A stretch of 56,917 nt of DNA, the filler included, from Sphacelaria rigidula (lineage: Eukaryota), in the NCBI GenBank assembly GCA_964200075.2. It is 4 parts of 4 records of this genome, joined end to end, with 100 filler letters (N's around TTAATTAATTAA, not from the genome) between each part and the next. Parts side by side here need not be neighbours in the genome. Positions count along the whole stretch, not along the records: positions 14,261 to 28,415 come from CAXNAA020002425.1; positions 28,516 to 42,669 come from CAXNAA020002426.1; 2 more parts are not named here. One strand, 5' to 3'. Both the position numbers and the translations under genes were made by a program. The notes below the pieces were generated by a model. The model had not been told where the DNA came from and made no database searches. It was given only the letters and a program-made list of their open reading frames with translations. Of this stretch, positions 24,101 through 37,500 are shown in pieces (within the stretch, counting starts at the first letter, position 1; each line of letters starts with the position of its first letter).

Positions 24101-27100
24101 TTGCCCTACCTGAGCTCCGGATTTGATCGATTGCCCCCAGCCACGGAAGAGGATCTGGGAAGAGTCCCTGTGGAAGATCGCACGCAACATAAGAACATGA
24201 ACGGCAACAGGCGCTACTTGAGACGGTCTCAAAAAAAAGACGGAAGTACACATTAAGCTCACGCGTCTTGACAGTAGAAACCTGAAAACGTTCACCGTTA
24301 GATGGGGAAAAAAAGAAAAGAATACACGGCAAGGTAAAACGCCCTCGGAGGCGACGCCGTGGGTACGAGGGCTTCCTTCACACCGATATAACACAAGAAA
24401 TACGCACTTTACATGCTGTAATGCGCAAAGATTATTCATTGCATCACGATTTCATCATGATTGTGGGTGTTGTGCACGCGATGACATGGATTCCACCCCG
24501 TAAGTCTTAGCTCTAGTGCAAAGTGCACCCTCACCGGGAAGCTGAAGTCTACGTCGGGAAGATCGATCAGGTCGACAAGCGGTTGCACTAGGGGTTCAAT
24601 GATCCCATTTAATGGAGCGAGGATGACATCGATCGCGGCCGCGATGATGTCTTGGATGAAGCCTGCCGAAAGGGTAAAAAGCGAGCGTGATCGTTATTTG
24701 AAACATTCAGGCAAAACGTGTGGCGCTTCCAGGTCACACGCTGATGGTGCAAAGGAACCAAGTTCTCGGTGCATCAGGTGTAGGGCGCGTAGCAGTCCCT
24801 TTGATTCCGTGTGAGTTTTACGATATATTTCCAGCACTACTTGGAATGTTTCCCACTAGGCTGTAACAGGTGCCGACATTGCCTGCTCAGGGGGTGCTTT
24901 TGCGTCTGCATTGTCGCGTCAGTCGGTGTTCAAACAGTACAAAACACAGAAATAGACCTTTGAATGTTCAATCTACACAGTAAGTACCGTTCGCATACTT
25001 TCAGGGGGGTGTCGTTGTTTACTTACAAAGGAAGCCGAGGAAGGGAGGACAGGTGATGAACTGGAAGATGTCCCCGATCCTAAACCTGTGGATTTCCAAC
25101 ACAGGGAAGCGATGGATGAGATCGTCGCGGACGGACACTTACTTTATTCCGCTCAACCCCGGCCGGGGCAAGCGGACTGATAATGGCACTGGAGCACACC
25201 ACGTTAACGACGAGCAATACGACTCATGTACTTGCAGGATCTTGAAGAGGTCGAGGGAAGGCCCCAGCGAGCCAAATAGGTTGTCGAGCGCATCGCGAAA
25301 CTCTCTCGCCAGCACTGCTACGTCCACCCAGACGATGGCGAACCTATCACGAGTTGTCGACAAATATGGACACGCCGATACGTTGTACTGCTTACGATAT
25401 AATCTGGAAAATCTCGCCATAAGCGAGTCAACATCTCCCACACATGCCAACGAAAGTTTCCGAACGAGCGCACCTCCAACCGGACGCTTCATGGTCATAG
25501 AATTGTCGACGTATTGTCAACTGCTCTCCAGAACCAACATCGCGCGCGAGAAGATCTCTGTTTGTTTAGCTAGTTCCCGCCGCCCGGGGGCAGCATCCTG
25601 AGTGTAAGACACACGATATACCAAAGGTCGCGAGAAACACCGAAAATAATACTTCCTCCCTAAAGATGGCGTCCAGGACCGAAACCAGCCCGAGGAATGC
25701 GCCCGCGGTATCCTGGAAATCAAGGCAGAGAGAACCACAACCAGCCGGCGGCGTGCAGCGACTTGATCAGAATAGCGCATTGCCGAGAGCGTACCGTGAG
25801 ATAGGCTCATTATCAGTGAGATCAGAGGTACAATTTCGTGATGACCTTAGTTGAAATCTATACTCTACGGTGTCACTGAGAACCGCCGCTGTGGCTGACC
25901 CGCGTCTACTTCTGAGGTACGTCTTGCGCACTCACTACGGCAGCCGAAAATATTCCGGTGGTGAAGTCTGTTAAACCCTCCCTCAAAGCCAGGTGACGGT
26001 GCCGCTCCGCTTCGTCGTGGTGCCTATTGTCTCTTGCTTCGTACGTCGAGTCTTGGTCCCAATCCGAGTACATTAGCATGCGCCGGATGGGAAGGTCGCG
26101 AGGATACGGAGTCATACTCGCAGCGAAGTGACTTCCCCCAGCAAGACAAGCAAACAGCAGGAGTAGCAGTAGCAGCAGCATCGACGGCGATGATGCGAGA
26201 CACAATGCCAATTAGAAGGGTATAGCAGGGTATGACAAGAACGACGAGGGGGAAATTCGAGTAACATGAGGATTACCAGCGCCTAGCGCACTTCGCACAA
26301 ACAGCTATCTATAGCGAGCTGCTGGTGATTGCGCGGGTCGACTTGTCGAACTCTCATACGATGCGTGCGAGAGCTGCAAGGCAATTGAATCGTACATAGT
26401 TCGCTGAATTGACGTTGCGCTCTTACATCAGCACGGGCATCAGCTGGGAGCACGATCCTGCTCCGTCCCAGCTTCGAATGCCAATTTATCTGCGATCACG
26501 TGAAATCTTCTCCATCTGAATAGCCGACACAGCAGTAATATATCACCACTCAATGTGTCTTATATCCCCCGCTATGGACGAGTAGCTGTACACCGACACG
26601 GCTGACGCTGGTCGAACACGCCTAGAAACCTGTGCACTGCTGTGCAACACGAAAACATCCATGTTTTTTATTACTCTAAAGAGACGGACGTTGAACAATG
26701 GACCATTGTGGTCTTCGCATGAGAAAGTGCAGATATAGAGACTGAAAGGCGGGAGAGTTGCGATAGACTCGTGAGATTAATCACGATTCCCTTCTCGAGC
26801 CATCGCATCTTGACAACCCTAGAGCCCCGAATCTTACTAGCCGGTTCTTGACGCTGGTCTTGAAAGCCTATCTTTCTTCCAGGAGGGTGCAACAAGAACA
26901 GGCAGTAGTGGCTATTAATGTGCACACACCAACAGAACATACACGCTACGCTATGCTGCCGAGTGAGTACTGCCCACATTTATCATGCAGCGCTTCTGTC
27001 GAACATACCGGCGGTCGTGCAAGGATAATTTACCAGTCTTGGGCAGGTGTCTGCTGAGAGGCGTCGCCTTGTCTCTGAGCCGGGGTTGGCCGGATCCTCG

Positions 27101-28592
27101 CCACGCTCTTCAATGGCGGTGGTCAGCGCGGCGGCCGCGGCGAAGGTGTTGGCGGACACGCAAGTAGCCTCAACCATAGGAGGCAGCATTAGAGCTTCAA
27201 TCAACACACATCAGAGGGCAGGCGACGGATGAGGAACGCGATTGCGGTTACTCGAATGAGTCAAAAGACTTACCATCACCTCGTCCTCTGAAGTTTCTGT
27301 TACTCTAGCGCGTTTGATGCTCATCACACGAATACCGTGTCACTCATGAGCCTATAGAACTATTACTCAATCAGTCACCAACGCGGACGCGAAATAAAAT
27401 ATCGCCGGCCCCACCGTCAAACACACGGCGCATTCTCAATCTTCTACTGCACGCCACTGCCTACATACCAGAGAGCTCGTCCAGCGTAGTCAGCGCGCCC
27501 GAAACATCCTTAATGGTATCCAGCACCGCGATGTGCGTTCTGGAGACGTAGTGGACGGCAAAGATGCCTCAAGCTGAGCGTGCCAGTTAAGGCGTGGCGC
27601 GGTATGGCGCGGGATGAACCACATCCAACGATTTCGGATTGCGGGGTAAGACTTGGCATCCAGTTATTCCAGGGACTTTGATCATCGATTTCATCTTAAC
27701 AGACGGTACGCTATAGCCCCCTCGCACGCCGTTTCAGGTTTGGAATTGATTGCTTGATAACTCACTCCGTTGTTCGCTCGCACAGTTCCTCAATCTGCTC
27801 CGTCGCTCTGTCGAGTCGGTCCTTGATTTTCTTGATGGGAGTGTGGAGTACTTTCGCCACCTTTCCGGAGTGTTCAAGGAATAGTGACCAGGGAAAGAAA
27901 AACAAAAGCTAACCATAAGCAGCTGGATACACAGAACCATGGTGATCGCGGGTACACGTAGCGGCAACAATATCGAACTTGCCGCAGATATGCGTGGACT
28001 CCCCAACACAAGGAACGATACTCAGGCATGCGAGTGATGCTACGAGAGGCGGGGGGGGCGTACTCGTTTGTTGCTTGCCTTAATCGTTTGACCATCCCTT
28101 CCAAGACGCCTACGACAGGCGGGGGGTGTAGGAATTTGGGCCACTTCTTCCAAGAAATTCCACCTCAAATCGTCGTTGAAAGCAGCAACGTATCATCGAA
28201 CTTGCTTGTTACCGATAAGACACTCTCATTCATAACACTTGACACCGTTTTCACCCAATTACAAACGCACTGCGAGTATTCAGGTCGTCTGGCACTCACT
28301 CCTGTGAGCCCCTCTTTTCCGTCGAATCAACCCCCTCCCTCCCCCCCACCACTACCCCCGCCCCAAAAAAGACGACGGGACAAGAACAAACACACAAAGG
28401 CAACAAAAACATAGCNNNNNNNNNNNNNNNNNNNNNNNNNNNNNNNNNNNNNNNNNNNNTTAATTAATTAANNNNNNNNNNNNNNNNNNNNNNNNNNNNN
28501 NNNNNNNNNNNNNNNCTACTGATTATCTTGCATTTGGATGACAGCCTACAATGAGTTGCTTTATTGTCTGATATCGCTACTTCCAGAGACAG

Positions 28593-28648
<56 letters not shown>

Positions 28649-28826
28649 AGAGAGCAACCACGCTAAACGACCCGCTTTCGGCCATAACTTCGGGTGGATA
28701 TACGTCGAATCAGTAGTAGTGCGACACAAGATATCAACCAAACCGTTCCGCCGTGATAACCAGTAGTAGTGCGACCCAAGAGACCAAGGAGGAAATCGCC
28801 CGTCCCAATCTACAGTCCACAGACAT
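14503..28826 (-). CDS. Multi-exon gene: large putatively secreted Cys-rich protein with C-terminal GCC2/GCC3 (ephrin-receptor-like) repeats
   Basis: Chain of GT-AG exons, mostly phase-compatible: ~27765-27860, 27468-27540, ~27033-27170, 26426-26470, 25935-26117, ~25615-25711, ~25231-25348, 25027-25085, 24535-24662, 24110-24167, 23634-23761, 22981-23073, 22546-22656, 21594-21767, 21220-21279, 20422-20576, 18760-19002, 17309-17400, 16864-17039, 16407-16629, 15806-15882, 15412-15549, 14865-15118, 14503-14616. A candidate first exon with a signal peptide (MSVDCRLGRAISSLVSWVALLLVITAE) starts at 28826, beyond a gap. The 3' end is unresolved near the 14161 gap. Confidence 0.8.
16080..16330. mobile_element. 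Intronic MITE, 16-bp perfect TIR, 4-bp TSD GGTT
   Basis: GGTT|GACACTTTCTACGATA...TATCGTAGAAAGTGTC|GGTT. Confidence 0.8.
18100..18190 (-). repeat. 3' fragment of a retroposon family with (CAAT)n tail
   Basis: The reverse complement GGGTACGTCTATCATGAGACGACGGTTGGACCCCTAGGGGATCAGTCAAAGTGCGACAATCAATTGATCAATC matches the copies at 33500 and 49101. Confidence 0.8.
18596..18675. repeat. 80-bp palindromic insertion (TGT...ACA) with 5-bp TSD CCGCA
   Basis: The 40-nt arms are reverse complements at 33/40 positions, centred on GTGAGC|GCTCAC. CCGCA lies at 18591-18595 and 18676-18680. Confidence 0.85.
21897..21972. repeat. Dispersed repeat with G/C run (further copies at 28051-28105 and, inverted, 42556-42632)
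   Basis: GGGGGGGCGTACTC..TTGTTGCTTG.....TCGTTTGAC.AT is shared by the three loci. Confidence 0.8.
28108..28350 (-). mobile_element. Diverged copy of the MITE at 46529-46778
   Basis: The reverse complement GTTGCTGCTTTCAACGACGATTTGAGGTGGAATTTCTTGGAAGAAGTGGCCCAAA aligns with 46695-46750. Confidence 0.65.
28416..28515. other. Assembly gap linker
   Basis: N44-TTAATTAATTAA-N44. Confidence 0.97.
28520..28592. repeat. ~75-bp segment duplicated at 29380-29451
   Basis: GATTATCTTGCATTTGGATGACAGCC...TGAGTTGCTT...TATCGC.ACTTCCAGAGACAG occurs at both sites. Confidence 0.8.
28595..28647. repeat. (GT)n microsatellite
   Basis: About 26 perfect GT units. Confidence 0.98.
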
Positions 28827-30063
28827 AGCGTACCCCACGAACCAAGGGCCTTCAACACAGGTAATTTCGTACACCTTGGGCATTGCTTAGTAAAGTAGCC
28901 ATAACATGAACAACCGACAACTGTATATGTATATATCAATCAAGGGGGAAGATAGCTGTCTTCCCTACTAGCGTGCTTCCAGGGGCACGCAGCACTTCGG
29001 AAGTCTAAACCTTTATCTTCCGACCTGACCTGGTTTCAGTTGTACCACTCTAATTTAGAGAACCCGGGTGCGTTGACGTATACGCTCACACGTTTACCTA
29101 ATGTTGAATGCTTGGATGGTGACTGACTGGTGACGACAAATACATTCGCTACGAGAAAGGGAATGACTGAGTGGGGGAGGGGGGGGGTACTCATGATCTT
29201 GCATGCCGTAGTTATAAGATCATTGACCTCGCATCCCTACACAGCCGGGACAGTGCGCGCCGGGTTTTCGCGGACCAGGCTCGCATTCAATCACCAAGCG
29301 CCAAGCGCCGTGGTGTGTGCGGCGAGTCGCACGAAGGGTGAGCGGCATCCTGCTAAGATTGTTCGGCGCGAAGCGTACCGATTATCTTGCATTTGGATGA
29401 CAGCCCCCATTGAGTTGCTTCGTTTTTTGGTATCGCCACTTCCAGAGACAGCCAAAGCTCATACACTGCCTCATGGGTGTCTCACCATGTAAACACTACG
29501 TGGTGCGACCATTTCCGTTCCGCGGAGTTGACGTTTTCCCACCGCGCACAACATAATCTAGCTCGGCCACCAGGAGGGGATATCCAGTTTTATCCATCGA
29601 CATGCCCATTGAGATACGACGTTGCCCTCGCCGACCTGCCGCCACACAGCCCAGTCCTACCGCACTTCCACGGGTCAGGGTGACTGGCCCTCAACACACA
29701 CCGGAATTGAGTACATTACACCACACATGCAGAGGCCAGTCCCGAGTAGCCCAAACACGAATGGAAATCTTACACACGCTGGACAGCTCATGAGCTACCT
29801 GACTATTTATTATTAGTGCACTGAACCGGATCATGAGCCAAGTCATTTGGCCTCTTTTTTCCATATTTGCTGCCCACAGAGCTGGACGCCAAGCACGCAG
29901 AGTAGCGCAAAGGTAGCGCTTTGGCTTCTCATACCCCACTGTCATCCATTCTTGTGTTTTTAGACAAGGGATCCGAGAGTACTCTTCAATTAGTTGTTGT
30001 AGGTAGCTAATGAGCTGTCCGACGGGTAAAATCTTACAGGAGTTACATTTGCGAACTGTGGTA

Positions 30064-30097
<34 letters not shown>
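30064..30097. repeat. (TGT)n microsatellite
   Basis: About 11 perfect units. Confidence 0.98.
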
Positions 30098-31500
30098 ATT
30101 GTCTTCACATTAAAAACCGTTTCGATATCTGCGCGGTACATTCGTACTGGGCATCTGATGCGGACGCCTTCCATGATCACAGGCTAGCAAAAAAAAAAAA
30201 ACAGATGAAAACTCACAAAACGCGATACAAGCAAAACAGGGATAAATAATGAAGAAGAAAGATAGTACGTATGGCTAACCTCAGAAGATCCGGTGCCGCG
30301 GGTGGCCATTCGGACTTCAGGGGGTGGCACCCGGCTGTCTGTATACTCAGGAATCAGCAAGTGTCGGTTTCTGGAAACTGACTGACCGCAACACAAAATC
30401 CACCCAACCCATGCACCGCCAAGGTAGGTTCATGTGTTGAATTTGGCATCCTTTTCACTTGAACAATGTGCTTGATGCCCGGATCGCCCACCCTTGGGAT
30501 CAAAAGGGTGAAATACGGCCCCGTGATGCTACGGTAGGGTGTTGGCGAGAACGTTTCTTGGGGCTGCTCAGGGTGTTGGACGGGTCATTTTGCGAATCGG
30601 CATCATTTTTTAAAAAGACTGAGGATAGTGATGCCGATTCACGAAAACGCGCCTGCATGCGAACACCAGATTTCTGGGAGTCCGGTCCCCGGAGATTTGG
30701 GTGCATAGTAAGTCCCATATGTCTGTGCTCCTACAAGAAGGAGAGCCCCAGAAATAGAAAGTGCAACCCCTACCGTAGCAGGGGAGGATATTCGAATAGA
30801 AGAGAGGGCGCGGAGGAGGTTGAACAAATTCACCGCAAGTGACGGATGCGTGCCTCGCGTGCTTTTGTGAGATATGGTGCTGTTGACATAAGAATGGATA
30901 TCCTGTATCCCAACCCCTGATCAGTTTGACAATAAATTAGGGGCAGGGGAGCTACAAGAACATTTCGAAAACTAAACAACCACTGGGTATATGTATACTT
31001 CCTCTGTCTCATAAGTCTGGGGAGGTTATGTTTATTCGGGTCCTCGACCATGTCCGACTTGATTTTTGTTCTTCTTGTACGTCGTAGGAGTATGGCTTTT
31101 TTTTAGTTGAAACCAACATGTTTTTACAGTTGGTGCTCGACCCATGCGGCCGAACGGCCGTCAAAAACTCAGTCGGCGGGAAAACGGCCGTACTTCGCCC
31201 CTTGTCTGGGGGCAATTGTTTTGGGCCAAAATGGCAACAACAACAAAAGGGGGCAGAAATTCTTCGTTTTAGTTTGATTCTTGTATAGAGGCTAGCTACG
31301 TCTCGGCCTAAACCACTTTTGTCACGTCATCACTTCTGTTCAGCATGTAAACGGCAATAGTCGATCCAAGTTGGCTGAAACTAAATTCGAAGTGGCAAAA
31401 TTTGAGTCGAATACGACCCAGAATTGTGTTCACAATAAATTTCATATTTTGATTTTTTCTTGATCTATGAGCATCTCCGTAACTTCATTTTCCACATAAC

Positions 31501-34500
31501 CTAACTACAGCATCGTAAGCGCCTCCATTCGGGAGAGTCGACCTGCGCTGCACAACCACCCAGACTTACGGAACAGAGGATGTTTAAATATATGTATATA
31601 ATATCAGAGCCTTGGGGCCACGGTTGGATCCCTTGGGGACTAATTGATGTGCGGCAGTCAATCAACCAACCCACAACGAACTCATACACCAACACAAACC
31701 ATACCGAATTCCAGCAAAAACATCATCAACAACAACGCAAAGCACGAAATGTAACGGCAGGTCACACACAATAGCGCGCGCGCACACACACATACACACA
31801 TACAACAAACCTCCGTCAACACGGCCTCCCCCTCCGATGCCGCGCTCGCGACGAAATACCGCCACGACAACAGGTTGATCTCCTCCACCAGTGACAGCGC
31901 CGCCTCTGTCTCCCTTCCCTCGTCCCCGCTTCCCCCATCACCTTTTTGCGCCCTAGCAGACGAAGCAACCTCCCCGAACGCTCGCCCCAGAGCCTTCAGG
32001 GTGTGCACCACACCCGTCTTGTTGGTACCCTTGCCCAGGTGTTGTGCTCGGCAACGAAGGGCTCGGATGAGCGTCGCCGCTCCCTCCGCGGTTTGACCCT
32101 ACGGCAATCGCGGAAACGAACGAAACACACACAAATAAAACAGGCGACATAGAAAGACGAGGTCAGAGCACACTCCCAAGATTCCTGGGATCCTGTCACC
32201 TCGCTACTTTCAAGCAACTTCTACGGAAGGGCTTCTGTTCATGGGGTAGCTCTAGAATTTATATGATTTTCCACGAGAGATGGCTCTGTACGGTAAATAA
32301 CCTGGGCGGAATTCACACTGCACCCACTGATGAGGACTTCATGGAACTGCAGCACGGACGCATCCCGCGTGTCAGTCACGTCTTTCGTGGAGAGCGTAGT
32401 GTTGTCGCAAGTCAACAAATACAATGAACAAACTAAATTGGAGCAGGTTTAGGTTTACGCATCTCGCTGACGTCGTTGTGGCAAAACAAAAATTCAACAT
32501 GTGACGTCGTTCAGGGCTTCGGTTTCAAGGTATGTAACATTTTCACCATGTCAAGTGGTTTTGCTCGAAGCAATGTAGCACGCAAATGAGAACCCGTCTC
32601 CGCGCCTGATCTCAGCGTCAGCTCACACAGTCTTCACTGTACATTCGGGGAGTAGGAAGAACATTTGCATGCATCCAGTGATCAAAAGGCCAACGGTGTC
32701 CGCGTCCAAATGCCCCCCCCTCGCGCACCAGACAGCTAGCAAGTTATTGGTTGTGGGTAGAGGCCTGTCGTGGATTTTGGGTAGGAAGCAGAAACCACGA
32801 GAGCGTGGGAACTCCAAGAATATGCTCTATACGCAGAGTGTAATGTGCACATAGCTATACTGTCTCTATAATTGATTGGCTCTAGAGGTCGTTGTCATGC
32901 ATGCATCCGAGGGAAGAAGCCTTGGGCCGTAGAGCAGTTTCCCAGAATACCTTACCTCGGGTACGTTTACTATCTTGTGACGACAGCTGCATTCGCTGAG
33001 TTAATGCTAGTGTGCAACAATCAATCGATCAATACATCCAACAACCAATCACAGCACGAACCACCCGCAGCAGCCACGGACGATGTGGAAACCACGCAAA
33101 ACACAAAAATCCAGCATCACCGTCGAGGATGGCCAGCAGCTGCGCGGCCAACGGGTCTGATCGACCAAATGGGGAAGGGGGAACGCCGCGTTATCAGCAA
33201 TAATGACCGGTGCAGCTGTACAACGTCAGTGGTACAGTTTGTGCAGCGCCCCTCATCCGATCATGACCGTCGTGTACACACCCCAGAAGACGCGCAGAAA
33301 CACACCGCGTATTTAAGGAGTCGATCTTTCCTCTTCTTTTCCTTTTTTTTTTTGTTCTAGGTCGGCCATTTCTTTCTATGCTTTTACTTTTGTTGACTTT
33401 TTTTTCTCATTTTCTTTTCTTCACGTCTTAGTCTACTATGTCGTTCTGTTCGACTTTTTTTTCTCATATTCCTTTTTTTCTTCAGCGAGTGTTTCAGTAA
33501 TGTTTTGTCTCGGGTACATCTACCATGAGACCACGGCTGGATCCCTGGGGGGTCAGTTAAAGTGCGACAACCAATCAATCAATCAAATCTCCAGACACCT
33601 TGGGTTGTCGAGCTGGACCGTTTTTTCAGCCTATTGCTACCGCGTGCTGCCATTTGCTCCTGCGTCTAAAATGGCCATACGTGTGCCCCTCGCAGCTGCC
33701 GCTGTGTTACGATATAGTAGGTACCTTACACCACAGTACAGCCAGCACAGTGGAGTGGACAACACTACAAGTGACCCGCTCTCTAGCACAGATGCTCCCA
33801 GATGCAGCATAGCAGCAACAGCCCGAGTACAGAGAGCAGCCTCCTCTATCCCGTTGATTTTTTATTTGTAGGTCAGTTCACTTACATACCAGCAACAAAC
33901 ACAACGGATAAATCACACCAGCAAAACAGCCATCAGCCCAAGATCGACACTCCGCGCAAAGGCGACAGGATCTTTTGGTCACGATCTACACCATTCTGCG
34001 CTGTGCTCCACTCTCCACACCATGCTAGCCGCTATTCTACCATATTTCCCCTGGCGCCATGCACACTTAGGCCAGTGAACATACTCGCATATGCTCATGC
34101 ATTATACCCACACACGTAACTGTTTCCCGTGGTAAAAGAGCGCGAGTTGGGACAGCGAAACAAACACAGTCGACTGACAAATTTTGAGACTCGACTCGAG
34201 ACAACGGAGAAAGGCAATAAACTGCACCCACATGCATTTTTATACACTCCTCTTTGTACCGTTACTGCTTCTTAGTTCACCTGTTCAACCAGGGTCATCC
34301 CAAGCCCGTGCAAGCATTCAGACACCTCGTTGCTGCCGTTGCCGAACGCTGCTTCATTCGCGAGCGTCGCGCGGCGGAAGACCTCCACGGCTCGCTCGTA
34401 TTTCCCAACTGCCCAGAGCGCCATCCCAAGGCGCCGCAGGGCCAACGCCGCGTCGGTGTTTCCGGGCTGCGTTTCTGGCTGTTGAGTCGCAAACAATAGC

Positions 34501-37500
34501 AAACAAACGCACACGCGCGCGCAGGAGATGCTTTGAGCACATCCATCAATGACACATGACTGCAAGTACTTTGGGAGGGATATGCCAAATCTTTGAACTT
34601 TTTTTTTTTTTCTGTTCATGTTTCACCTTATGACATCACTTTTTTTCCTTCCCGAGTTGTTACAATGACATTGAACTCGGCTGATGATTTCCCGACTGAT
34701 GATCATGATGAACGGTGGTACAATAGTCTGCTGTCTCTTCATTGACGCCCCAAATACAGTGAACACACTGACTACCGTGTAATGTATGCAGTACTGGACG
34801 ATAAATACTGTGTACGGAAGGTCACCCTTGCCCACCAGTTTGACGTGAACACAGTAGGATGAGGCATATGCGACCTTCAGGATGACATCATCAGGAGATG
34901 GCTTTCAAGGGGGGATGTGGGGGAGAGATGATATGCTACGTACCCCAGTACACCACCGAAGGTACTCGTATAATGCCGAAAATAGGGGTATTGTCCACGG
35001 GGTGGTCAACCACACACGGATGATATACACCGTATTCCTTTGTACGTGTTACAGAAATGAGTACCCTTGCACACCTACCAGGGGAATGAAAAAAAAAAAC
35101 TCTCGAAACGCCACACGCCGTGATATTTTCTGTAACACGGTGACATGGTCCCGTTCCATCGATTTGACACGAGAGCAAACAACCGTTTTAAAGGTCTTTG
35201 ATCGCCAGAATTCCAAGATCATAGAGAGGTATCATCAGGGGGGTAGAATGAGGCGGCAGGTGGATTTGAGAACGCGACAAACGGCATCCGTCTCCAGAAC
35301 CAGCAGCGCAGACAGCATGGGCATATTTTGCTTTGCTGCGGGGCTCGTAACATCGTGATAACGAGGTATAACTCACAAATAGGCACAGTTGCTACTAATA
35401 GTGATGCAATCATCTCACCAAAGCTGGTGATGGTAAACACAGCCTCTTGATTGTGGAGTAATGGAGTTTTACTGTGGAGATTTCGCACTTGCATTTTTCA
35501 TGGGTCTCCTCTCAATGTTACAGAGTAGCAGTTTGGACCTTGCTTCCGTAGGGCTCATGGTGAGGGCTCATGCCAAAATGATACTTCCTCTGTCACATAA
35601 GTTAGGATCGAATTTCGGCGCAGATCTTATCTTTTCAACGGAGGCGTCTACGATGCTATAATTAGTTTCATCGGAAATATATCTTTTACAGCCAACTGAT
35701 GCAAAATAAAAAAATGATTTTCGATTTTAATTGCATCTCAAAGGATGGGCCAAAAAGTCCTCGAAATTAGCCAATCTCGGCTACATTTCGAGATAACGAC
35801 TTTAGTGTAGAGCACACGGGGGTATCCGCGCGGCAGAGGGCGGGAACGTTGGAAAGGACAGTCAAGTACGACAAGGAGGCCTTCACAAAGGCTTGGGACT
35901 ATCTGGCATCAAGCACGAGTGATGGAGAGGATGATCAACGATTTTTTTTCCCATGTTTTTTTTTCCTTTTTCGGCACTTTTTTGTTCGTGGAAAAGGGGT
36001 AAAAAACGGCCTTTTTGGGGTCGACTTCTTTTTTTCTGGCCGCTACTCCACCTGGAGTGATGCGAATTGAAAAAAAGCATTGTATTTGACTAGGAAAACG
36101 CCAAGGAATTCAATAAGATGAACGAAAACAGCATCGGAGACCGTTAAGGACGTCTGTGAAAAATTCGGTCCTAACTTATGTGACAGAGGAAGTATGGTCC
36201 AATATAACTGAGCCACAATCTACGCCCAGGGCCCATTTGTCCTGTTCGCCTATGGTTGCACTTCATTATTGCTTGATTTATTTATTTACAGCTCTTCTCC
36301 ACTGTTTTTCCTTCCTGCTTGGTTTTGGCTTTTGGTTCCACATATTACTCCGTTTTCTTGTTATATCTTCTTTTCTTTTCTTCGCCTTTTCTTCTTTACC
36401 GAGCGATTCCGTTTTGTATACCTTGGCCACGCTTATCTCGTGATCACAGCTGGGTCCCTCAGGGATCACGTAATATGCGACAATCAATCAACATATCAAT
36501 TAATCGGTCAATAGATGTCTCATATGTCTTCTTCCCTAGCAAAAATGACCCCGGCCTGCCAAATTCCCTCACAAAAACGGGCGAAAATTGCCTCATTGCG
36601 AACCTTTTTTTTTCAGGGCATTCATGTTATGATCCGAATGTAAGGTGCGTGTATCACCTTCCTCATATCCCCGGCTGCACAACGGTGCTACGAGCTGGGC
36701 CAGCCATCAGTGATTTTTGAACGAAGAGTCGAGATGCGATTTGCAATTCGAAGAGTTAGGCGCTGGAATTTTGACACGATATTTTCATCATCAATCCGCG
36801 CAACCCTGTAAGTGGAGTAGAGGAAAAAAAAAACAGGAAGTCAGGGCGAGTTGGAGTTTCAGCGAAGGCAGCAAAAGTGCTATAACTTCCTCAAAGTTTG
36901 ATAAAAACGATGACAATGCTCCGGCACATACGGACACTCATGTAAACCACATCCTTGTAAAGATTCAGCCAAAAATACGTCAAATTGGGCTTCGCGTCGC
37001 ACTTTTTGTGTGACCCCGGTGGTCAAACGATACAACAACCTCAAATTACACAGGTCACGAGTTCGAATCTCGACACGACAAAAACTTTTTGTGTGCATAC
37101 TAATTGTGCATAATTTCTCGTACCTCTGGGTTGCCAAGGGTCTCGATATTTTGGTGACGGTCTTGCATTTGGGTGTGGGGGGGCGGTATAGCGCAGTTTC
37201 AAGTGGTACTTCTCCCTCGTGCGGTGATATACGACAGTTTTCTCGGAGGTTCTCTCCCATTATGGGGCTCATGATGAGCTTGATGTCCTCTTGCAGCACT
37301 ACCAGTGCGCTCTCACCTGGGCATGTCGGGTGTGTGTGTGCCTATGCGGCGCAACGGTCTATCGTAGTTCTACCGCATTTTGTGAAACGAAACGTCTCCA
37401 GACACGTTTTCACGCAACGGCAAGGGACGTAGCCGATACTCAATGCAGTACAATAACATCGTCGCCAAAACTGCGCCAATCAAGCAGTGGCGGTGCCGTG

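Noticed and set aside
25906..26211. ORF MALCLASSPSMLLLLLLLL as the signal-peptide first exon
   Set aside because: The poly-Leu stretch may be an intronic (CTG/CTA) pyrimidine-rich tract. A phase-compatible upstream exon (26426-26470) and further exons up to 27.9 kb exist. It is not fully excluded as an alternative start.
28464..28685. HT-repeat ORF (and the poly-Cys ORF at 30010-30249)
   Set aside because: These are translations of (GT)n and (TGT)n microsatellites.
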